64,000 bases of DNA, taken from the sequence record MZ443771.1; one strand, 5' to 3'. The position numbers and the translations under genes were made by a program. The stretch's first letter is position 1. Every line of letters starts with the position of its first letter. The notes below the pieces were generated by a model, which worked only from the letters and a program-made list of their open reading frames with translations, had not been told where the DNA came from and searched no databases. This document shows, piece after piece, positions 61,028 to 64,000 of the stretch.

Positions 61028-61609
61028 CTACACCAACAGACGACCTGCGATGGTGATCGCTACACCGTTAAGTGTTGTGTCAGCAGTGTCAGGCGCAACT
61101 ACACGCAACTGGTCGCCAGCAACAAGAATGATCTCTTGATCCTGATACGCAGCAAGCGGTGTAAACACACCAGTCTTCGAGCCAGCACCAAACGTCACAG
61201 TACCAAGCTGAATAACTGCTTGGGTTGCTGAGTCGTATGCACTGATCTTAAACGCAGCCGCAGCAGTAGCCGCAATGTCAGCGTTGGCCATAGAGCCGCC
61301 GAAGTTTTTGATGATTGCAGTTGTGCGGACAGACAGGTAGCGAGCGATCTCCTGACCACCTGCATAACGCTTGAGCACACTCATGCCTACATCATAGGGA
61401 TTTACAGACTGCAACTGATTAACCCACTTGGCGCGTACTTGACTGTAGACGTACAGGCCAGGCTGGTTAGCGCCAGCTACAGCGGTCAGGTTCCATACGC
61501 GACCGTTGCTTGGGTTAGATGGAAAGGTAGGCCCAGATGAGTTTGGATCTCCCGGTGCGCGTGTAATCTGCGCCTGTTCGCCCGCTAATTGAATACCAAA
61601 AGCGTACAT
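61028..61609 (-). CDS. putative tail-fibre-associated structural protein
   Basis: FPSNPSNGRVW...LYVY...KW module; RBS ggag. Confidence 0.55.
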   Translation of the reverse strand: MYAFGIQLAGEQAQITRAPGDPNSSGPTFPSNPSNGRVWNLTAVAGANQPGLYVYSQVRAKWVNQLQSVNPYDVGMSVLKRYAGGQEIARYLSVRTTAIIKNFGGSMANADIAATAAAAFKISAYDSATQAVIQLGTVTFGAGSKTGVFTPLAAYQDQEIILVAGDQLRVVAPDTADTTLNGVAITIAGRLLV

Positions 61610-61620
61610 TGTTTATCTCC

Positions 61621-61839
61621 TTAGGCGATTCGCGCTTCGCCCGTAACTGCATACGGGAAGACGATTTTTACCGTGTTGTTATCAACGATGATAACGTCAA
61701 GAGGTAGCACTTGATGGAGTTTACCATCAGGCATATTCACGCACGTTGTCACAGCAACTGGACGCCCGAAGTTGTGTGTAATCGTCCATTCAGATGCTGG
61801 CGTTTCTTGCTTGTAGCTACGCCCCATTGAATAGTTCAT
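61621..61839 (-). CDS. small structural protein with one W.ITHN.G module
   Basis: SEWTITHNFGRPVAV...PLDVII.DNNTVKIVF...GEARI. Confidence 0.6.
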   Translation of the reverse strand: MNYSMGRSYKQETPASEWTITHNFGRPVAVTTCVNMPDGKLHQVLPLDVIIVDNNTVKIVFPYAVTGEARIA

Positions 61840-61846
61840 AAGTTCC

Positions 61847-62752
61847 TCACATATCGAAGATGTATTGTGACTGAATACTGGATGATAGAGCGGCCGTACC
61901 GTAACCATCAAGCACAGGCGTCACATGCGCTAAGTCGCTCTCTGCAACCAATGCAATGAGCAACGTGCTTTTCTCATTGACGAAAGCAGCCATTCCCCAT
62001 GTAGGAGCAGACACGCCGGGAGTACCACCAGTGATAGGATGATACAAGTTTTGTGTGCCCCAGTAGATAGAGAAGAAAGTGCCGCCTGAGTTGTTGAAGT
62101 TGATATTCCTATATGTGACTGCGTACTGCAACCTGTTGGCTGGAATGCCGTTGGCACCCATAACAATGTTACCGTTGCTCGACCATGAATACGAAGGACC
62201 AGCGACGTTAGTGAACGAGTCCAATGTCTCAGGGTACACGAATACGCCCATATTGGTTGTATACATGTTGTTGCCCTGTTGACCGTTAAGCTGACCGTTA
62301 GCAAGAATATTCAGTGTTCGGTCTATACCATAAGCAGCTCTCGCTTGCGGCACACTCTCACCCGTTGGCACAGTAATCATACCTAGGGGATCACTCAGAT
62401 TGAGAGCAAACTGACGTTCCATGTATCGGTAGCTGGGCACTGTCGGTTGATTCACAGGAGCGAGTGTTCCTGATACTGTACCGTTATTGCTGGCATACGT
62501 GTGGCTAACCAAACGTGTATGTAACCAGCGACGTGTACCATCAGCACTGACACCGGCTGCTGGGTTAAGCGGGATCTCTCCGTTTGTCGGATAGTCTCTG
62601 GCGCTCGTCACAGATTTTTCAGCACACAACTTAACGAAACTGTTCCATGTCAAAGTACCCATGTCTGGCTTAGGCGTGGACGCTTCGAACAGGAACAGGC
62701 TTCGTTCTATCATATGCTTTTGAGCGGTACGTCTTGACGGCACAAAAAGCAT
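61847..62752 (-). CDS. divergent array member
   Basis: MLFV...LFLFEASTPKP...PTWGMA...LIALVAESDL. Confidence 0.55.
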   Translation of the reverse strand: MLFVPSRRTAQKHMIERSLFLFEASTPKPDMGTLTWNSFVKLCAEKSVTSARDYPTNGEIPLNPAAGVSADGTRRWLHTRLVSHTYASNNGTVSGTLAPVNQPTVPSYRYMERQFALNLSDPLGMITVPTGESVPQARAAYGIDRTLNILANGQLNGQQGNNMYTTNMGVFVYPETLDSFTNVAGPSYSWSSNGNIVMGANGIPANRLQYAVTYRNINFNNSGGTFFSIYWGTQNLYHPITGGTPGVSAPTWGMAAFVNEKSTLLIALVAESDLAHVTPVLDGYGTAALSSSIQSQYIFDM

Positions 62753-62764
62753 ATGCCACCTACC

Positions 62765-63361
62765 TTAGTACAGGATGACAGTACCAGACTGCGCACTATC
62801 GAACGTGATGGTGAGCTGGCTGTTGCTGTCATGTACGATTGACTTAGGTTGGACCTCTTCCGTACCCTGATAGATGCGCACCGCTGGGTGATAGCCGAGG
62901 TTGTGAGTAACAACCCATACAGCTTCATCAGTGAATGATGTGGTGAACGCTACGGTAGGAGTAGGCAGACCGCTTTCGATACCAGACAGAAGCACAGCGG
63001 TACCGGCAACGGGTTCAGGGAACAGCACGATAGTCGTGTTTGCATCCTGAGCTTTGATGGAGGAAGGCTGAACCACTTCGCCGTTCTCGTCGTAGCACTG
63101 CACGATAGGCGTAGCAGTATTCATGTTGTGCGCGATTTCCCAGCGAGACGACGCAGATGCCTGAGCATAACGGTACATCGTCATTTGCTGCGTCAGTGGC
63201 ACCCAGATTGGCAGAGTTTCGAACTCAACACAGAACATAAGACGCTTGTCCATGAAGATTGCCATGCCGGGCTGCGGGTTCTCAGGCCAGTCAGTTACTT
63301 CTGCGAACTTAAAGTTCTTGATTGAGCCGAACGCTAAGTCTAAGCTCCCGATGACTTTCAT
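62765..63361 (-). CDS. structural protein with two W.ITHN.G modules
   Basis: RWEIAHNMN... and VWVVTHNLGYHP...; start reassigned to ATG 63361. Confidence 0.6.
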   Translation of the reverse strand: MKVIGSLDLAFGSIKNFKFAEVTDWPENPQPGMAIFMDKRLMFCVEFETLPIWVPLTQQMTMYRYAQASASSRWEIAHNMNTATPIVQCYDENGEVVQPSSIKAQDANTTIVLFPEPVAGTAVLLSGIESGLPTPTVAFTTSFTDEAVWVVTHNLGYHPAVRIYQGTEEVQPKSIVHDSNSQLTITFDSAQSGTVILY

Positions 63362-63380
63362 AAATCTTCTCCTGAAAGGT

Positions 63381-63408
63381 AAAAAGGGCAGGCAGATGCC
63401 CACCCTTT
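63381..63408 (-). terminator. Rho-independent terminator
   Basis: On the - strand: AAAGGGTGGGC-ATCT-GCCTGCCCTTT-TT. Confidence 0.75.
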
Positions 63409-63429
63409 ATTTTATGCTACTGAGTCGAA

Positions 63430-64000
63430 TTACTCTGCTGGCGCAACGTAGGCGTTAGCACCAGTCACGAATGCAATTGCGACTTTCTTAGCAGTGGTCA
63501 GCTCAACGCGCAGGCTGTTAGCGTCGATGAACACGATCTCATCAGGAATGATCTGATAACCGGTGTCGTCAACAACAGTAACGGTACCGTACTTCACGCC
63601 AGCGTTGTGGGTGAAGGTGTGCGCTGTAGCAGCAACATCACCGCTAGCGGTTTTGTCGTACTGGTACAGTTTAGCAGCGGAGCCGCCAGCAGAAGCTGCG
63701 ATTGTATCAACAACGAACTTCTTGCTTACCGCAGAGTTGTCTGTGTAGTCTGCGCTATCACCGGTCAGGGTGATTTCAGCAACAGAGCCACCGGTCGCGT
63801 CGATGAAGCCGCCAGCAGTTTTAACCGCTGCAACGTCAACAGCGATTTTGCTATTGGTAGTGTCCTGTTTCAGGCCATCACCCAGAGCGGCAGCAGCAAT
63901 CTGGTCGTAACCAACGCCACCAGCAGCAATTGCCAGACCATCAACAGAACGTGCCAGAGTAGCGCCGTCCAGTTTCACGCGGGTAGAACCTGCGTTATCT
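63430..64000 (-). CDS. 3' end of a tail fibre-like structural protein (5'-truncated)
   Basis: Frame is open to base 64000. Ala/Gly-rich GDGL repeats and a C-terminal FTHNAG module. Confidence 0.65.
   Translation of the reverse strand, partial: DNAGSTRVKLDGATLARSVDGLAIAAGGVGYDQIAAAALGDGLKQDTTNSKIAVDVAAVKTAGGFIDATGGSVAEITLTGDSADYTDNSAVSKKFVVDTIAASAGGSAAKLYQYDKTASGDVAATAHTFTHNAGVKYGTVTVVDDTGYQIIPDEIVFIDANSLRVELTTAKKVAIAFVTGANAYVAPAE

Noticed and set aside
57920-62752. Compositional or codon shift suggesting horizontal acquisition
   Set aside because: My impression of more AGA/ATA/GGA codons could not be quantified by eye; it needs a sliding GC/codon-usage computation.
1-64000. tRNA, rRNA, CRISPR arrays, transposases, integrase
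   Set aside because: None were recognised; intergenic gaps are short and no repeat-spacer periodicity or cloverleaf motif was seen (tRNAscan-SE not run).

Overview
A 64-kb segment of a large, densely coded tailed-phage genome. It looks like a jumbo myovirus of an enterobacterial-type host; a resemblance to the 'hairy' Erwinia Y3 / Dickeya JA-type jumbo phages is my inference and is not verified. Bases 1-47.1 kb are transcribed on the + strand. They carry a DnaB-like helicase (5'-truncated), an intein-containing terminase, a probable portal, a 5'-3' exonuclease, a macrodomain, a six-gene enzyme operon, Dam, dCMP deaminase, ThyA, a ParB-like gene, an intein-containing C5-cytosine transferase, ASCH, DUF4326 and HD-domain genes, and many small accessory ORFs. 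Bases 47.2-64 kb are on the - strand and carry a lysis cassette plus a long array of paralogous, probably virion fibre, genes. The top candidate for a new system is a DNA hypermodification pathway. The C5-methyltransferase-fold enzyme has Arg in place of the canonical motif X Asn (LGRICVP instead of xGNAVP), at the position where an engineered Asn->Lys change is known to create carboxy-SAM use. A distant operon encodes a carboxy-SAM synthase (CmoA), a GT4 glycosyltransferase, DUF1611, a PLP alanine-racemase homolog, a glutaminase-less AsnB-like amide ligase and a degenerate MurI-like protein. Together these predict 5-carboxymethylcytosine further amidated with a D-amino acid and possibly glycosylated. 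Other notable items are two recurring phage promoter-like motifs (one inside an RBS-masking hairpin), a micro-protein mimicking the NrdA redox tail, an 8-aa aromatic micro-ORF, and a Toprim gene split by one base. No tRNA, rRNA or CRISPR array was seen. All family calls are from motif recognition by eye; no searches were run.
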